Of a DNA stretch of 64,000 nucleotides, positions 1 through 10,613 are shown in pieces (position 1 is the stretch's first letter; each line of letters begins with the position of its first letter). Made by a program: the position numbers and the translations under genes. The notes beneath the pieces are model-generated. The model was not told the DNA's origin, did not search any database, and was given only the letters and a program-made list of their open reading frames with translations. The DNA comes from Candidatus Tayloriibacteriota bacterium. Lineage in GTDB: Bacteria > Patescibacteriota > Minisyncoccia > Phycocordibacterales > CAIRYW01. The DNA is taken from the NCBI GenBank assembly GCA_028286725.1, contig JAQBQZ010000007.1, positions 71,262 to 135,261 of the forward strand. The letters run 5' to 3'.

Positions 1-2
1 TT

Positions 3-809
3 CCGTGGAAGGATCTCGGAATTGATGTGGTTGTTGAATCAACTGGATTTTTCACAAGCTATACCAAAGCCTTGGGCCATATTACGGCTGGAGCAAAACG
101 AGTAGTAATCTCTGCTCCTGCAAAAGATGAGGCGGGAAGTCCAAAAGTTCCAACTATTCTTATGGGTATAAATGAAAATCAGTTTGGAGATTCTCCTATT
201 ACATCAAATGCGTCTTGTACGACAAATGCTTCTAGTCCTGTGATGGCAATTATTGATGAAGCGATCGGAATCGAAAAGGCAATTCTCTCAACTGTGCACG
301 CATACACTGCAAGTCAGTCACTTGTCGATGGACCAAAGCCAAAGGATTGGAAAGAGGGTCGTGCAGCGGCACAAAATATCGTCCCAACATCAACGGGCGC
401 AGCTCTTGCTGTGGCAAAAGCATTACCTCAGCTTATTGGAAAGTTCGATGGTATCTCAATGCGTGTTCCTGTTGTTGCAGGATCAATTGCGGATATAACG
501 ATTCTCACAAAAAGAAAAACTACTGTGGAGGAAATAAATCAGATTCTCACAACTGCCGCTGCTGAAGCAAGATGGAAAGAAACATTTGCTGTGACAAAAG
601 ATGAGCTTGTTTCTTCTGATATTGTAGGGTCAGTATATGCATCTATTGCGGACCTTGGTCTTACTCGAGTAGTTGATGACAACTTGGTTAAGGTGTGCGC
701 GTGGTACGACAACGAGATCGGGTATACACACTCACTTATCCTTCATGTATTAAAAGCAGGGCAGACTCCTGTAAAGGATAACGGTCCAGAAACTCCGAGA
801 TATGTCTAA
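3..809 (+). CDS. gapA: Glyceraldehyde-3-phosphate dehydrogenase (5'-truncated by window edge)
   Basis: PWKDLGIDVVVESTG, catalytic NASCTTN, WYDNE motifs; frame is open to the window start. Confidence 0.97.
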   Translation, partial: PWKDLGIDVVVESTGFFTSYTKALGHITAGAKRVVISAPAKDEAGSPKVPTILMGINENQFGDSPITSNASCTTNASSPVMAIIDEAIGIEKAILSTVHAYTASQSLVDGPKPKDWKEGRAAAQNIVPTSTGAALAVAKALPQLIGKFDGISMRVPVVAGSIADITILTKRKTTVEEINQILTTAAAEARWKETFAVTKDELVSSDIVGSVYASIADLGLTRVVDDNLVKVCAWYDNEIGYTHSLILHVLKAGQTPVKDNGPETPRYV

Positions 810-1254
810 GATTTTTTTTGCATCTGATCATGCAGGATTTGAATTAAAAAAAGTGCTTGTTGAATATGCAAGATCACTCGGATTTGATGCAATAGATAAA
901 GGTAATACTACATTCGAAGCGCTCGATGACTATCCAGACTTCATTTCACTTGCTGCAAAAGAGGTAAGTAATGATCCATATTCAAAAGGGGTAGTAATCG
1001 GTGGCTCAGGCCAGGGTGAAGCGATCGTCGCCAATAGATTCCCGAATGTCAGAGCAGCACTCTGGTATGGAGGGAATGCAGAAATCATTAAATTGTCACG
1101 GGAGCATAATGATGCTAATGTACTGTCTCTTGGTGCTCGATTTGTGAATACGGAGGAAGCAAAAGAAGCTCTTAAGACTTGGCTCGATACTCCATTTTCT
1201 GGAGATGAACGACATCAGAGACGGATAGATAAAATAGAGAATTTAAATAAATAA
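802..1254 (+). CDS. rpiB: Ribose-5-phosphate isomerase B
   Basis: SDHAGFELK, DYPD, GGSGQGE, REHNDANVL, RHQRR motifs. Confidence 0.95.
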   Translation: MSKIFFASDHAGFELKKVLVEYARSLGFDAIDKGNTTFEALDDYPDFISLAAKEVSNDPYSKGVVIGGSGQGEAIVANRFPNVRAALWYGGNAEIIKLSREHNDANVLSLGARFVNTEEAKEALKTWLDTPFSGDERHQRRIDKIENLNK

Positions 1255-1272
1255 AGATAACAATAATATAAT

Positions 1273-1962
1273 ATGGACGAATCAATTGAGATCATTCCAG
1301 CCATAATCCCAAAATACTTTAAAGACCTCGAGACAAAACTCGAGATTGTTAAGGGTGTGTCAGATACTGTGCATGTTGATATTTGTGATGGGCTTTTTAC
1401 TCAGGAATCAACATGGCCACTTGGAAAGCCTGATATGAATTATGAAGAAATATTGAATGAAGAAAGAGGAATGCCTTTTTGGGAAGATTTTGATTTTGAA
1501 TTCCATTTGATGGTCAAAAACCCGTTTGCTCTTATTCCAGATATTATCAAGCTTGGTGCAAGTAAGATCATCATTCATGCAGAAACTATTGATCTCGATG
1601 AAGATCGGCTTCTTCTCGATCAGCTCCGAACAGAAGGGTTGGTCCAAGTTGGAATCGCATTTAAACTCCAGACTGGTGTTGAGAGAGTTCAGGAACTGCT
1701 TCCATATGCGGATTTCATAATGTTTGTTGCGATAGAACACCTTGGATTTCAGGGACAGAAGTTTGATGAAAGAGTTCTTGCAAAGATAAAATGGCTCAAA
1801 ACCGAACTTCCTTCAATGCCGATAGCTATTGATGGTGGAGTTACTCCTGAAAGTATTGGTGATGCGTATGATGCGGGCGCAACAAGATTTGTTGTTGGTT
1901 CGTATATTTTAAATAGTGTAAGTCCAGTTGATGCAATACGAGAAGTGAAAGATTCGATTTAG
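1273..1962 (+). CDS. rpe: Ribulose-phosphate 3-epimerase
   Basis: HVDICDG, FHLMV, IDGGV and VVGS motifs. Confidence 0.92.
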   Translation: MDESIEIIPAIIPKYFKDLETKLEIVKGVSDTVHVDICDGLFTQESTWPLGKPDMNYEEILNEERGMPFWEDFDFEFHLMVKNPFALIPDIIKLGASKIIIHAETIDLDEDRLLLDQLRTEGLVQVGIAFKLQTGVERVQELLPYADFIMFVAIEHLGFQGQKFDERVLAKIKWLKTELPSMPIAIDGGVTPESIGDAYDAGATRFVVGSYILNSVSPVDAIREVKDSI

Positions 1963-2003
1963 GGTTTGAAGTTTTAAGGTTTCAAGTTAAAATAAAATGA
2001 CCC

Positions 2004-2870
2004 ATGGAACATCTTACCGAAGAAAAATTAGAGTTCCTTAAAGCAAAAGCGAATAACATTCGCGAGTCTATTATCGAAATGCTTCTAGCTGCAGGTTCTG
2101 GACATACTGCAGGGCCTCTTGGAATGTCGGATATTTTCTCAACTCTCTTTTTTCATATTCTAAAACACGATCCAAAGAATCCAGAGTGGAAAGATCGTGA
2201 TCGACTCGTACTCTCAAACGGACATATTTGTCCTGTATATTATGCGGCACTCGCGCACTCGGGATATTTCCCTTTAGAAGAACTAAAGACTCTTCGAAAG
2301 TTCGGTTCAAGGCTTCAGGGTCATCCACATCGAGAGTTTCTTCCGATACTTGAGAATAGTTCAGGACCGCTTGGCAGTGGACTTTCGCAGGCTGTAGGAA
2401 TGGCTATCGCAGAGCGCATGGATGATAAAGCGTCAGCAAAGAAATTCTTTTGTCTTACGGGAGATGGGGAGCTTGATGAAGGGCAGAACTGGGAGGCATT
2501 AATGCTTGCGGGTAAAGAAAAGCTACACAATCTCATCATGATAGTGGACAGGAATAATATTCAGATCGATGGATTCACAGATGACATCATGCCATTGTCA
2601 CCACTCGACAAGCGACTTGAATCTTTTGGATTTGAAGTACAAACAATTGATGGAAATGATATGAAAGCAATTGTCGAAGCTGTAGAAAAAGCATACCAAG
2701 TGACTGACAAGCCGTCAGTGATCATTGCAAAAACTGTTCCAGGAAAAGGTGTCAAAGAATTTGAAGGTAAATACGAATTCCATGGATATATGCATAATAA
2801 AGAAGAGGGAGTAATGGCACTCAAGGAACTTCGAACGCTTGGAGGAAAAATCAAAGCAGAACACCAATAA
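2004..2870 (+). CDS. Transketolase, N-terminal (TPP-binding) subunit
   Basis: SGH, RDRLVLSNGH, LQGHP, GDGELDEG...DRN TPP-binding motif. Confidence 0.95.
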   Translation: MEHLTEEKLEFLKAKANNIRESIIEMLLAAGSGHTAGPLGMSDIFSTLFFHILKHDPKNPEWKDRDRLVLSNGHICPVYYAALAHSGYFPLEELKTLRKFGSRLQGHPHREFLPILENSSGPLGSGLSQAVGMAIAERMDDKASAKKFFCLTGDGELDEGQNWEALMLAGKEKLHNLIMIVDRNNIQIDGFTDDIMPLSPLDKRLESFGFEVQTIDGNDMKAIVEAVEKAYQVTDKPSVIIAKTVPGKGVKEFEGKYEFHGYMHNKEEGVMALKELRTLGGKIKAEHQ

Positions 2871-2929
2871 TCTTTTTTTTATAAGGAAAATGTTGTGATA
2901 TAATTATTTGTATCACAACATATATTCCC

Positions 2930-5900
2930 TTGAAAAAACTATTTCGAATAAAAAAACAAATAAAAAGTAAAGCACAAAAACTTTCTTCATTAATTATGAT
3001 TGTGAGCTTTTTGCTATTGAATATTGCGATTCCGACAAAGGTGTTTGCAAATGATATTACCGATTGCAATCATGTAATTGAGTTTTCTGGAACATATGAT
3101 TTACAAAATGATATTCCATGTGATGGTAATTATCTCTTAATTCAGGCAAATGATGTAATAATTAATGGTCACGGACATACTATCAATGGCGGAATAAATG
3201 CAGAAGGAGCGACTAATGGGTATTCAGTTACACTTCAGAATGTTCATGTTACTGGAAATATTAATGCAGATGGCCAGACAGGTAGCGCGGGGGCTAATCC
3301 AGGTGATTCTGGTCAGGACGGGGGGTCAAGTGGAAATATTTCATTAACAAATGTGACTGTGGACGGTAATGTGTCTGCAGCCGGTGGTACCGGAGGTAAT
3401 GGTGTAAATGGAGATAATGGCGCTAATGGTCTGGACGCAAATGGTGCTGATGGTGTACAGATAGGTACAAATCCTGGAGATGCTGGAGCTTCTGGTGCGG
3501 CAGGTGGTGTTGGGGGTAGTGGATCAAATGGTCAGCCGGGAGGTACTGGCGGTAATGGAGGTAATGGAGGAAACATTTTTTTAAACTATTCAATAGTAGG
3601 TGGAGCAGTTATAACTCATGGTGGGGCAGGCGGATCAGGAACGCAAGGTGGTAATGGAGGTAATGGAGGTAATGCAAATGGAGGTAATGCTACTGCTGGC
3701 CAGCCCGGTAATCCAGGAGATTCTTCTCTAACTTGTGGAGTATCTGGCAGTGACGGTGGTTCAGGAGGTGCCGGAGGAACTGGTGGAAGTGGTGGTACTG
3801 GAGGTGCAGGCGGTAATGGTGGTGCAGGAGGGAACGGTGGAGATGGGGGCAATGCAGGAAGTATTGTTGTTAACAATTCTCTTATAAAATCAAGCGTCTC
3901 AATAGTTGGTGGAGTTGCAGGAAACGGCACTTCATCTTTTGGTCATGGAGGAAATAGTGGTACGGCAAATGGTGCTTCAGGGACTTCTGGAGGTAGTGGT
4001 GGAACTGGTGGGGCTGGAGGAGAGCCGTGCTGTGTTGATGATGGAGAGGGGGGATATATGTGCGGACTTGCAGGTGCAAATGGTAATAATGGCACCAATG
4101 GATCTGACGGTTGGCCTGGGTTTGCAGGTACTCCAGGTGTTCCAGGTACTGATGCATCAGCATCGAGTGCCGGTATTTCCGGTAGTGATGGTTCAATTAG
4201 TTATCCATGGACAGCTCATACAAATACTGGTACCCAACCTTGGTTTTCTATCACTTCTTCCTCAGACGGAACAAAACTTGCTGCAGTTGTCTCTGGTGGA
4301 GATATTTGGACATCTGATGATAGTGGAGCATCGTGGACCAATCGTACACAAGGTACAAAATATTGGACTTCTATTACCTCATCTTTCGACGGAACAAAAC
4401 TTGCTGCAGTTGTCTCTGGTGGAGATATTTGGACATCTGATGATAGTGGAGCATCGTGGACCAATCGTACACAAGGTAGTGACGCTTCTGGTTTAAGTTG
4501 GAATGCGGTTAGTTCTTCAAAAGATGGGGCAAAACTTGTTGCAACAATTTCTGGTGGAGGTATTTGGTATTCGTTAGATTCTGGTGTGACATGGACTGAT
4601 TCGGGGCAGGTACACTCCTTTTGGAATAAGATTATTTCTTCAGCTGATGGATCAAAAGTTGTTGCTTTAAAGAATAATGGAGGTATTGCTATATCTAATA
4701 CCTACGGTACAACCTGGGGGACCATTGGAATTGGAGATTACAATTGGTCGGGTGGCGTTATTTCAGCAGATGGAAAAAGAATTTATGTGGAATCTAGTAA
4801 TATTCAAATATATTCAACTGATTCTGGTTCAAACTTTCAGACTTTGACAGCACCTTTTGTTTTTGCTGGTCCAATAGCAGCATCTTCAGATGGGATGAAA
4901 ATTGCGGCTGCCTCAACGATGGGTAATATCTGGCTTTCAGCTGACGGTGGACAAAACTGGATCGATACTGGATATGTTGGAGACTCGGGAAATGGGGCTT
5001 CAATAGCATCATCTGATGATGGTGCAAAAGTAGTGTTTGCTGTCGCGAATGGTCTTATTTATACTCGTTCAAATATTTATACAGATACTTTGCCGCCATA
5101 TCTTGTGAGTGGAACAATTGATGGAACCAATGCAATTCTTACATTCAATGAAGATCTTGAAAATGACCAATCTCTTATTGATTCTGAGTATACTTTTGCA
5201 ATAAACGGAACACCTGTCAGTACTACCGTTAATGGTATCTCTGGTAATTCCGTATCGTTTACTCTCTCCACTAATACTACTTACGGAGACGATGTTACTT
5301 TTTCTTATACACATAACCCTTCTAATTTTGGTATATATGACTTATTAGGGAATAATACTGCTTCTTTTGGTCCTGTTTCAATCACAAACAATAATGTATT
5401 CTCTGACACAACTTCACCAGACACGATTACTCTTGATACTCCTACAGATGGTTCAACAATCCATGGTAGTGGCGTGACTTTTGCTGCAACTGCGCACGAC
5501 AATGTTGCCATCGGTGGAGTAAAGTTCTACATGGATGACGTATTGATTGGGTCCGAAGACACTTCATCTCCGTATCAACTCTCTTTTGACTCAACATCAA
5601 AGTCAGATGGATCACATAGCTTTGTTGCTGTAGCAAGAGATACCTCAAACAATTTTGCAACATCAACACCTGTCACTATAACCATAGACAATACAGCACC
5701 TGCCACCCCATCAACGGCGCTCGATATGACAAGTGCAAGTGACGATGGTGTTTCTTCGACAGACAATGTTACATCGATTGTTACACCGTCATTTACAGGG
5801 ACTTGTACTGATGTCCAGGCGAATTTATATATTGATGGTGCTTTTAATAATTATATTGCATGTAATTCGGGACATTTTGAAGTTACAAGTAATACGCTTG

Positions 5901-6763
5901 CGGATGGTGTTCATTCTGTTCGATATACCGAAGTTGATGCACAGGGTAACGAGAGTGGATTGTCACCTGCATTATCTGTCACTATTCAAACTACTGTTCC
6001 AGATACAACAGCTCCAACGATCACAACAGTGACATCTTCAAAATCAAATGGAACATATGGAATAGGTGAGATAGTTGATATTGTTGTTGCATTCTCAGAG
6101 GCAGTCACATCGACAGGGAATGTTACTGTTACTTTGGATACTGGACGAACATGTACATTCGCAGTTTCAAATGATAATCAGGGTTCTTGTGACTATACAG
6201 TTCAAAGCGGAGACACCTCATTTGATCTCACAGTCACATCAATCACTGGATCAATTAGAGACCAGGCAAGTAATTCGATGACAAACTTTACACCAGCTGC
6301 AAATCTCGGAATAAATAAAAACATTGTTATCAACACAACAGTGGTCACACCACCTCCTACTTCTGGTGGAGGTGGCGGAGGGGCTACAGTATCATCTGGT
6401 GGTGTCATTTCTTTTCCCGTGAGCCAACTAAACACTTTACCTATTGTTACAACACCAGCATCGCCAGTAGTTCCAACACTCACACTCAATCCGCAGCATT
6501 TGAGCAGTAAAACATTTTATCGAAGTCTTACATATCTTAACCGAGGACAGGATGTGAAAGAACTTCAAAACTTCTTGAATACTCACGGATTCCTAGTTGC
6601 AAACTTTGGTGTTGGTTCGCTTGGGCATGAGACAATTCTCTTTGGTAGTGCAACTAGACATGCTCTCTCTCAATATCAAAAATCAAAAAATATTAAGCCA
6701 TCTGTTGGATTTTTTGGTCCAGTCACTAAAAAAGCGATTCTTGCCGACGTTGGTGTGCATTAA
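2930..6763 (+). CDS. Large secreted/surface protein: signal peptide, Gly-rich repeats, BNR/Asp-box propeller, Ig-like domains, C-terminal peptidoglycan-binding-like domain
   Basis: Hydrophobic N-terminus ending VFA; GGNGG repeats; SxDxGxSW repeats; DTTxP Ig linkers; [12 protein letters not shown]...FGPVT tail. Confidence 0.85.
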   Translation: MKKLFRIKKQIKSKAQKLSSLIMIVSFLLLNIAIPTKVFANDITDCNHVIEFSGTYDLQNDIPCDGNYLLIQANDVIINGHGHTINGGINAEGATNGYSVTLQNVHVTGNINADGQTGSAGANPGDSGQDGGSSGNISLTNVTVDGNVSAAGGTGGNGVNGDNGANGLDANGADGVQIGTNPGDAGASGAAGGVGGSGSNGQPGGTGGNGGNGGNIFLNYSIVGGAVITHGGAGGSGTQGGNGGNGGNANGGNATAGQPGNPGDSSLTCGVSGSDGGSGGAGGTGGSGGTGGAGGNGGAGGNGGDGGNAGSIVVNNSLIKSSVSIVGGVAGNGTSSFGHGGNSGTANGASGTSGGSGGTGGAGGEPCCVDDGEGGYMCGLAGANGNNGTNGSDGWPGFAGTPGVPGTDASASSAGISGSDGSISYPWTAHTNTGTQPWFSITSSSDGTKLAAVVSGGDIWTSDDSGASWTNRTQGTKYWTSITSSFDGTKLAAVVSGGDIWTSDDSGASWTNRTQGSDASGLSWNAVSSSKDGAKLVATISGGGIWYSLDSGVTWTDSGQVHSFWNKIISSADGSKVVALKNNGGIAISNTYGTTWGTIGIGDYNWSGGVISADGKRIYVESSNIQIYSTDSGSNFQTLTAPFVFAGPIAASSDGMKIAAASTMGNIWLSADGGQNWIDTGYVGDSGNGASIASSDDGAKVVFAVANGLIYTRSNIYTDTLPPYLVSGTIDGTNAILTFNEDLENDQSLIDSEYTFAINGTPVSTTVNGISGNSVSFTLSTNTTYGDDVTFSYTHNPSNFGIYDLLGNNTASFGPVSITNNNVFSDTTSPDTITLDTPTDGSTIHGSGVTFAATAHDNVAIGGVKFYMDDVLIGSEDTSSPYQLSFDSTSKSDGSHSFVAVARDTSNNFATSTPVTITIDNTAPATPSTALDMTSASDDGVSSTDNVTSIVTPSFTGTCTDVQANLYIDGAFNNYIACNSGHFEVTSNTLADGVHSVRYTEVDAQGNESGLSPALSVTIQTTVPDTTAPTITTVTSSKSNGTYGIGEIVDIVVAFSEAVTSTGNVTVTLDTGRTCTFAVSNDNQGSCDYTVQSGDTSFDLTVTSITGSIRDQASNSMTNFTPAANLGINKNIVINTTVVTPPPTSGGGGGGATVSSGGVISFPVSQLNTLPIVTTPASPVVPTLTLNPQHLSSKTFYRSLTYLNRGQDVKELQNFLNTHGFLVANFGVGSLGHETILFGSATRHALSQYQKSKNIKPSVGFFGPVTKKAILADVGVH
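4265..4478 (+). repeat. Exact 91-bp direct repeat (4265-4355 and 4388-4478, period 123 bp) inside the surface protein gene
   Basis: gacggaacaaaacttgctgcag...cgtacacaaggta occurs twice with no mismatch. Confidence 0.95.
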
Positions 6764-6787
6764 TTTTATTCAAATAAAAACTTTTAT

Positions 6788-7252
6788 ATGCCTCATATTC
6801 ATGAAAAAATAGATTTCACAGTAGAAACATTTATTGTCTACAAAAACAAAGTGCTTTTGCGAAAACATGACAAGCTTGGTATTTGGCTTTCTGTTGGTGG
6901 ACATATCGAACTTCATGAGGACCCAAATGAAGCTGCGATACGAGAGGTGAGAGAAGAGGTGGGGCTTGAAATAGAGCTTGTTGGAAATAAAGGAGAATAT
7001 CCAACAGACGACCCAATGTACACTGAGCTCATTGGCCCAAGATATCTAGGGAGAAATAGAATAAGTGGCACTCATGAGCATATTCCGCTTGTTTATTTTG
7101 CACGAACGAAAAGTGATATAATTAATGCGCAATATGAAGGTGATCGAAGTGATGATTGTGTTTGGGCAACACTTGAGGATTTAGAAAAAATGGATCTGGT
7201 GCCAAATGTAAGATTCTATGCAAAAGAAGCATTAAAAGAGTTATCGGAATAG
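6788..7252 (+). CDS. NUDIX hydrolase
   Basis: Nudix box GGHIELHEDPNEAAIREVREEVG. Confidence 0.93.
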   Translation: MPHIHEKIDFTVETFIVYKNKVLLRKHDKLGIWLSVGGHIELHEDPNEAAIREVREEVGLEIELVGNKGEYPTDDPMYTELIGPRYLGRNRISGTHEHIPLVYFARTKSDIINAQYEGDRSDDCVWATLEDLEKMDLVPNVRFYAKEALKELSE

Positions 7253-7283
7253 TATATCAGTAATTAATTATAGGATTAAATTT

Positions 7284-8249
7284 ATGGATCATTTATTGCG
7301 AGACCAAATACCAGAACCAGAAATTACTTTAACATCAAAAGGGCTGGACGCTACACAGACTCATATTATCGAGTCGCCGGAATTTCCTGGTATAAGAGTA
7401 ATCCATAGCAACAAAGAGCACGGTCAAGATGCTTTTGTTATAGGTGAAGGTTCAATTTGTATTTGTGATGGTATGACCAAACATGGAAAATCAGGACTTG
7501 TTTCTGAGTTCGTGGCAGCAAAGGTGGTGGAGAAAGTTTCCGAAGCTGAAAGTATCTATGATGCAATGTCGCAACATGATTTTGAAGAAGATTTGAAAGA
7601 TCTTTCAAAAACCTTGGAATATGAAGAATTTGATAGCAGTGGAAATAGATATGTAAAAAAAGGTGAAGAAAACTCAGGGTATACTACTTTTTTAACTTTG
7701 AAAACAGACAAAGAAAAAAAATTGATTACATGGACCAGTGTGGGCGATAGTCCACTTATTATTCTTGATAAAACTGATACGGGATGGAGTTTTGAAATGT
7801 ATAATACAAAGTCTGCTGGACTTACAAATGAAACATTCGCCTCTGATGATTTTCATAAGCAAATGCAAAATGGTGGAAGTCATGGGATTGGTATTTTAGA
7901 AAATGGTAGTCCAGAGGCTAGCGCAGTTAATTATGTAGAATATGGAACAGTTACATATAAAAAGGGAAGAATTATTATGGCTGCAACAGATTGGCTCACA
8001 AAAATGATGGCTGACAGTCCAGAGACGATAGATGCAAGAATATTAGATGCCGAAGGAGATGAAAAGAAAAAACTTGAAAAATCACGGGATACTATTCTCT
8101 CTGCAAAAAATCCATTATTTGGTCCAAAATTTCAACCAGAGCTTTTCTTCAATGGGCAATTAAGTGATGATGAGATTGTAAAGAACCTTATATCAGATGA
8201 TGATGTGACAATGGTCTGTATTGATATGGACAAAATGTTTAAAGAATAA
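7284..8249 (+). CDS. PP2C/PPM-family phosphatase-like protein
   Basis: GQDA, CDGM, VGDS, ATD and DDVT metal-binding motifs in PP2C order. Confidence 0.7.
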   Translation: MDHLLRDQIPEPEITLTSKGLDATQTHIIESPEFPGIRVIHSNKEHGQDAFVIGEGSICICDGMTKHGKSGLVSEFVAAKVVEKVSEAESIYDAMSQHDFEEDLKDLSKTLEYEEFDSSGNRYVKKGEENSGYTTFLTLKTDKEKKLITWTSVGDSPLIILDKTDTGWSFEMYNTKSAGLTNETFASDDFHKQMQNGGSHGIGILENGSPEASAVNYVEYGTVTYKKGRIIMAATDWLTKMMADSPETIDARILDAEGDEKKKLEKSRDTILSAKNPLFGPKFQPELFFNGQLSDDEIVKNLISDDDVTMVCIDMDKMFKE

Positions 8250-8259
8250 TTATTTCAAA

Positions 8260-8646
8260 ATGAAAAAACTTCAAGAAACTATTCACAAATATATGAAAGC
8301 TCGGAATTGGGATGATCTTCCACCGGCAGATATTGCAAAGTCTGTGTCCATTGAAGCGGCGGAACTTCTCGAACATTTCCAGTGGCAGAATTGGTCCAAG
8401 GAAGACATTAAAAAGAATAAGGAAAAATATGAGGAGATCAAAGCTGAGATAGGGGATATTGTGATTTATTGTGCTGAGATGGCGAACATTCTTTCGTTTG
8501 ATCTAGAAATTGCAGCGAACAATAAACTCAAAAAAGCTGCAAAGAAATATCCAGCGCATCTATTCAAGAACAACAAGGATCCGCATGGTACGGGTGTATA
8601 TGAAAAGATTAAGAAGGAATATAGAAAAAATAAATTTAAATCTTAA
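8260..8646 (+). CDS. MazG-like nucleotide pyrophosphohydrolase
   Basis: SIEAAELLEHFQW...EIGDIVIY...KYP; start moved to ATG 8260. Confidence 0.9.
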   Translation: MKKLQETIHKYMKARNWDDLPPADIAKSVSIEAAELLEHFQWQNWSKEDIKKNKEKYEEIKAEIGDIVIYCAEMANILSFDLEIAANNKLKKAAKKYPAHLFKNNKDPHGTGVYEKIKKEYRKNKFKS

Positions 8647-9134
8647 TGTCATCTGGCACAGAAAAGACAATGAATGCGATCGTGTCTGACATAATGCCTC
8701 CAGTTGAATTAGTAACTGCAGTATTCGGATTTGCTATTAAAGATGGAAAGTTATTGTTGGGAAAATTTAATAAAGCGACCAGAAAAGATTGCGCATATGA
8801 CATGGTGGGCGGACATGTTGAAAAGGATGAATCAATTGAAAATGCACTCAGTCGTGAATTTATAGAAGAGGTGAGTGTAAAAATTAAACCAATTAGATTA
8901 TTGGGACATATAAAATTTGTGGAAGATGCTCCTAAGCCAGAAGACTATAAATACCCATATCCTGAAAGTTATATGCTCATTTATAAATGTGATATTATTG
9001 AAGAGTTAGATTTCAAAGAAAATAATGAAAGTGTTGAGAGAGTTTATTTTGGACGAGAAGAATTAAAAAGATCCAAGTGGTGCTCCGAACATATTGATTT
9101 TATTGAACAAACTATTGGAAAAGAATTATGTTAA
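8646..9134 (+). CDS. NUDIX hydrolase
   Basis: GGHVEKDESIENALSREFIEE. Confidence 0.9.
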   Translation: MSSGTEKTMNAIVSDIMPPVELVTAVFGFAIKDGKLLLGKFNKATRKDCAYDMVGGHVEKDESIENALSREFIEEVSVKIKPIRLLGHIKFVEDAPKPEDYKYPYPESYMLIYKCDIIEELDFKENNESVERVYFGREELKRSKWCSEHIDFIEQTIGKELC

Positions 9135-10123
9135 ATCAAAACCAAAAACTAAATAGTAAAATTTTCGACAAGGATGTAGAACAAGTGCCAATCCGCAATG
9201 GTTTTGGCGAAGGATTAGTGGAGGCTGCAGAAAAAGACGAACGGATCGTAGCTCTTTGCGCTGATCTTACAGAATCTACCAAAATGCTTGATTTCAAAAA
9301 CAAATTTCCAAATCGATTTGTAGAGATCGGTGTAGCTGAGCAGAATCTCGCATCAGTCGCATCTGGGATGGCTGCAATGGGCAAAATACCTGCAATCTCT
9401 TCATATGCAATGTTTAGTCCCGGACGAAACTGGGAACAGATCCGGACTACTATTTGCTACAACAATCGCAAGGTGATTATCGCAGGTTCTCACGCAGGAG
9501 TATCAGTAGGTCCTGATGGTGGAACGCATCAAGCGGTTGAAGATATTGCGATCACTCGAGTGATTCCAAACATGACTGTCATTTCTCCATGTGATGCGAT
9601 TGAAGCTAAGAAAGCAACTATGGCAATACTGAAGGACGATGTCAAAACTCCTGTATATTTGAGACTCGCGCGAGAAAAGACACCGATCATTACAACTTCT
9701 GATACACCTTTTATTGTTGGCAAAGCACAGATATTTTTTGAAAGCATGAAACCTCAGGTTGCAATCATTGCAACGGGGGCGCTTGTACACAAAGCTCTTG
9801 TCGTCTCAGCGGAACTAGAAAAGAAAAATATAGGTAGTATTGTAGTGAACCTCTCAACTATCAAACCTCTTGATGTGCAAACTATTGTAGAAGTGGCTCA
9901 GAGAGCGGGAGCAGTAGTGACTGTTGAAGAGCATCAGATCGCAGGCGGAATGGGCTCGGCTATCGCAGAATGCCTTGCTCAAAATTATGTTGTACCAATG
10001 GAATTTGTCGGAGTAAAAAACCTCTTTGGACAATCAGGTACGCCCGAGCAACTTTTGGAACATTACGAGATGACCGAAAAGTTTATTGAAAAAGCTGTGA
10101 TGAAAGTGGTTAGTAGAAAATAA
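9128..10123 (+). CDS. Transketolase, C-terminal (pyrimidine-binding) subunit
   Basis: ADL, GVAEQN, GPDGGTHQAVED, TVEEH motifs. Confidence 0.95.
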   Translation: MLNQNQKLNSKIFDKDVEQVPIRNGFGEGLVEAAEKDERIVALCADLTESTKMLDFKNKFPNRFVEIGVAEQNLASVASGMAAMGKIPAISSYAMFSPGRNWEQIRTTICYNNRKVIIAGSHAGVSVGPDGGTHQAVEDIAITRVIPNMTVISPCDAIEAKKATMAILKDDVKTPVYLRLAREKTPIITTSDTPFIVGKAQIFFESMKPQVAIIATGALVHKALVVSAELEKKNIGSIVVNLSTIKPLDVQTIVEVAQRAGAVVTVEEHQIAGGMGSAIAECLAQNYVVPMEFVGVKNLFGQSGTPEQLLEHYEMTEKFIEKAVMKVVSRK

Positions 10124-10132
10124 AAAAGTTGA

Positions 10133-10222
10133 GCGGGCAAGCCAGAAGAATTGATCAAGCATTATGAAATGGATGAAAGGGCGATAATGGCCGCTGTAGA
10201 AAAAGTAATTAGAAGAAAGTAA
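10133..10222 (+). pseudogene. Orphan second copy of the transketolase C-terminal ~29 codons
   Basis: Reads AGKPEELIKHYEMDERAIMAAVEKVIRRK*, paralleling SGTPEQLLEHYEMTEKFIEKAVMKVVSRK* just upstream; the homologous stretch has no start codon at its 5' end. Confidence 0.85.
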
Positions 10223-10234
10223 TTTAAATATAAT

Positions 10235-10381
10235 ATGTCTATCTCTCCTAAATGTGATTATTGTAAAAAGATTCTAACTGACTTCGGTGGAATATTACTC
10301 AGTCCTCCAAACAAAAAGTCAGAAGTAAAAAAGTATCATATTTGCAAGGATTGTTACAAAAAAATATCACCAAAGAAATAA
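10235..10381 (+). CDS. 48-aa zinc-ribbon microprotein (not in ORF track)
   Basis: MSISPKCDYCKKILTDFGGILLSPPNKKSEVKKYHICKDCYKKISPKK*; two CxxC pairs; next gene starts at 10383. Confidence 0.75.
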   Translation: MSISPKCDYCKKILTDFGGILLSPPNKKSEVKKYHICKDCYKKISPKK

Positions 10382-10382
10382 T

Positions 10383-10604
10383 ATGGCAGTTGAAGTCAAT
10401 TCAATTTATAAACACAGCAAAAAGGGTAGTACATACCGAGTGCTTGCTCTCGCAAAACACAGCGAGACTCTTGAGGACATGGTGGTCTACGAAACATTAT
10501 ATGAAAACGATCTCGCCAAGATTTGGACGAGACCGCTTGTAATGTGGGAAGAAAAGGTAGAGGTAAATGGAGAAATGGTGCCTAGGTTTGTGAAAGTTTC
10601 CTAA
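10383..10604 (+). CDS. DUF1653 family protein
   Basis: YKHSKKG..YRV..LAKHSETLEDMVVYETLY...WTRP..MW...V...PRF signature. Confidence 0.9.
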   Translation: MAVEVNSIYKHSKKGSTYRVLALAKHSETLEDMVVYETLYENDLAKIWTRPLVMWEEKVEVNGEMVPRFVKVS

Positions 10605-10613
10605 ATTTTGTAT

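Noticed and set aside
3616-3930. Pro-rich antisense ORF and similar shadow ORFs (e.g. 27259-27576, 39150-39599, 58514-59023)
   Set aside because: They are antisense or alternate-frame shadows of better-supported genes.
4265-4478. Diversity-generating retroelement TR/VR pair
   Set aside because: The copies are identical with no adenine-specific mismatches, and no reverse transcriptase is present in the window.
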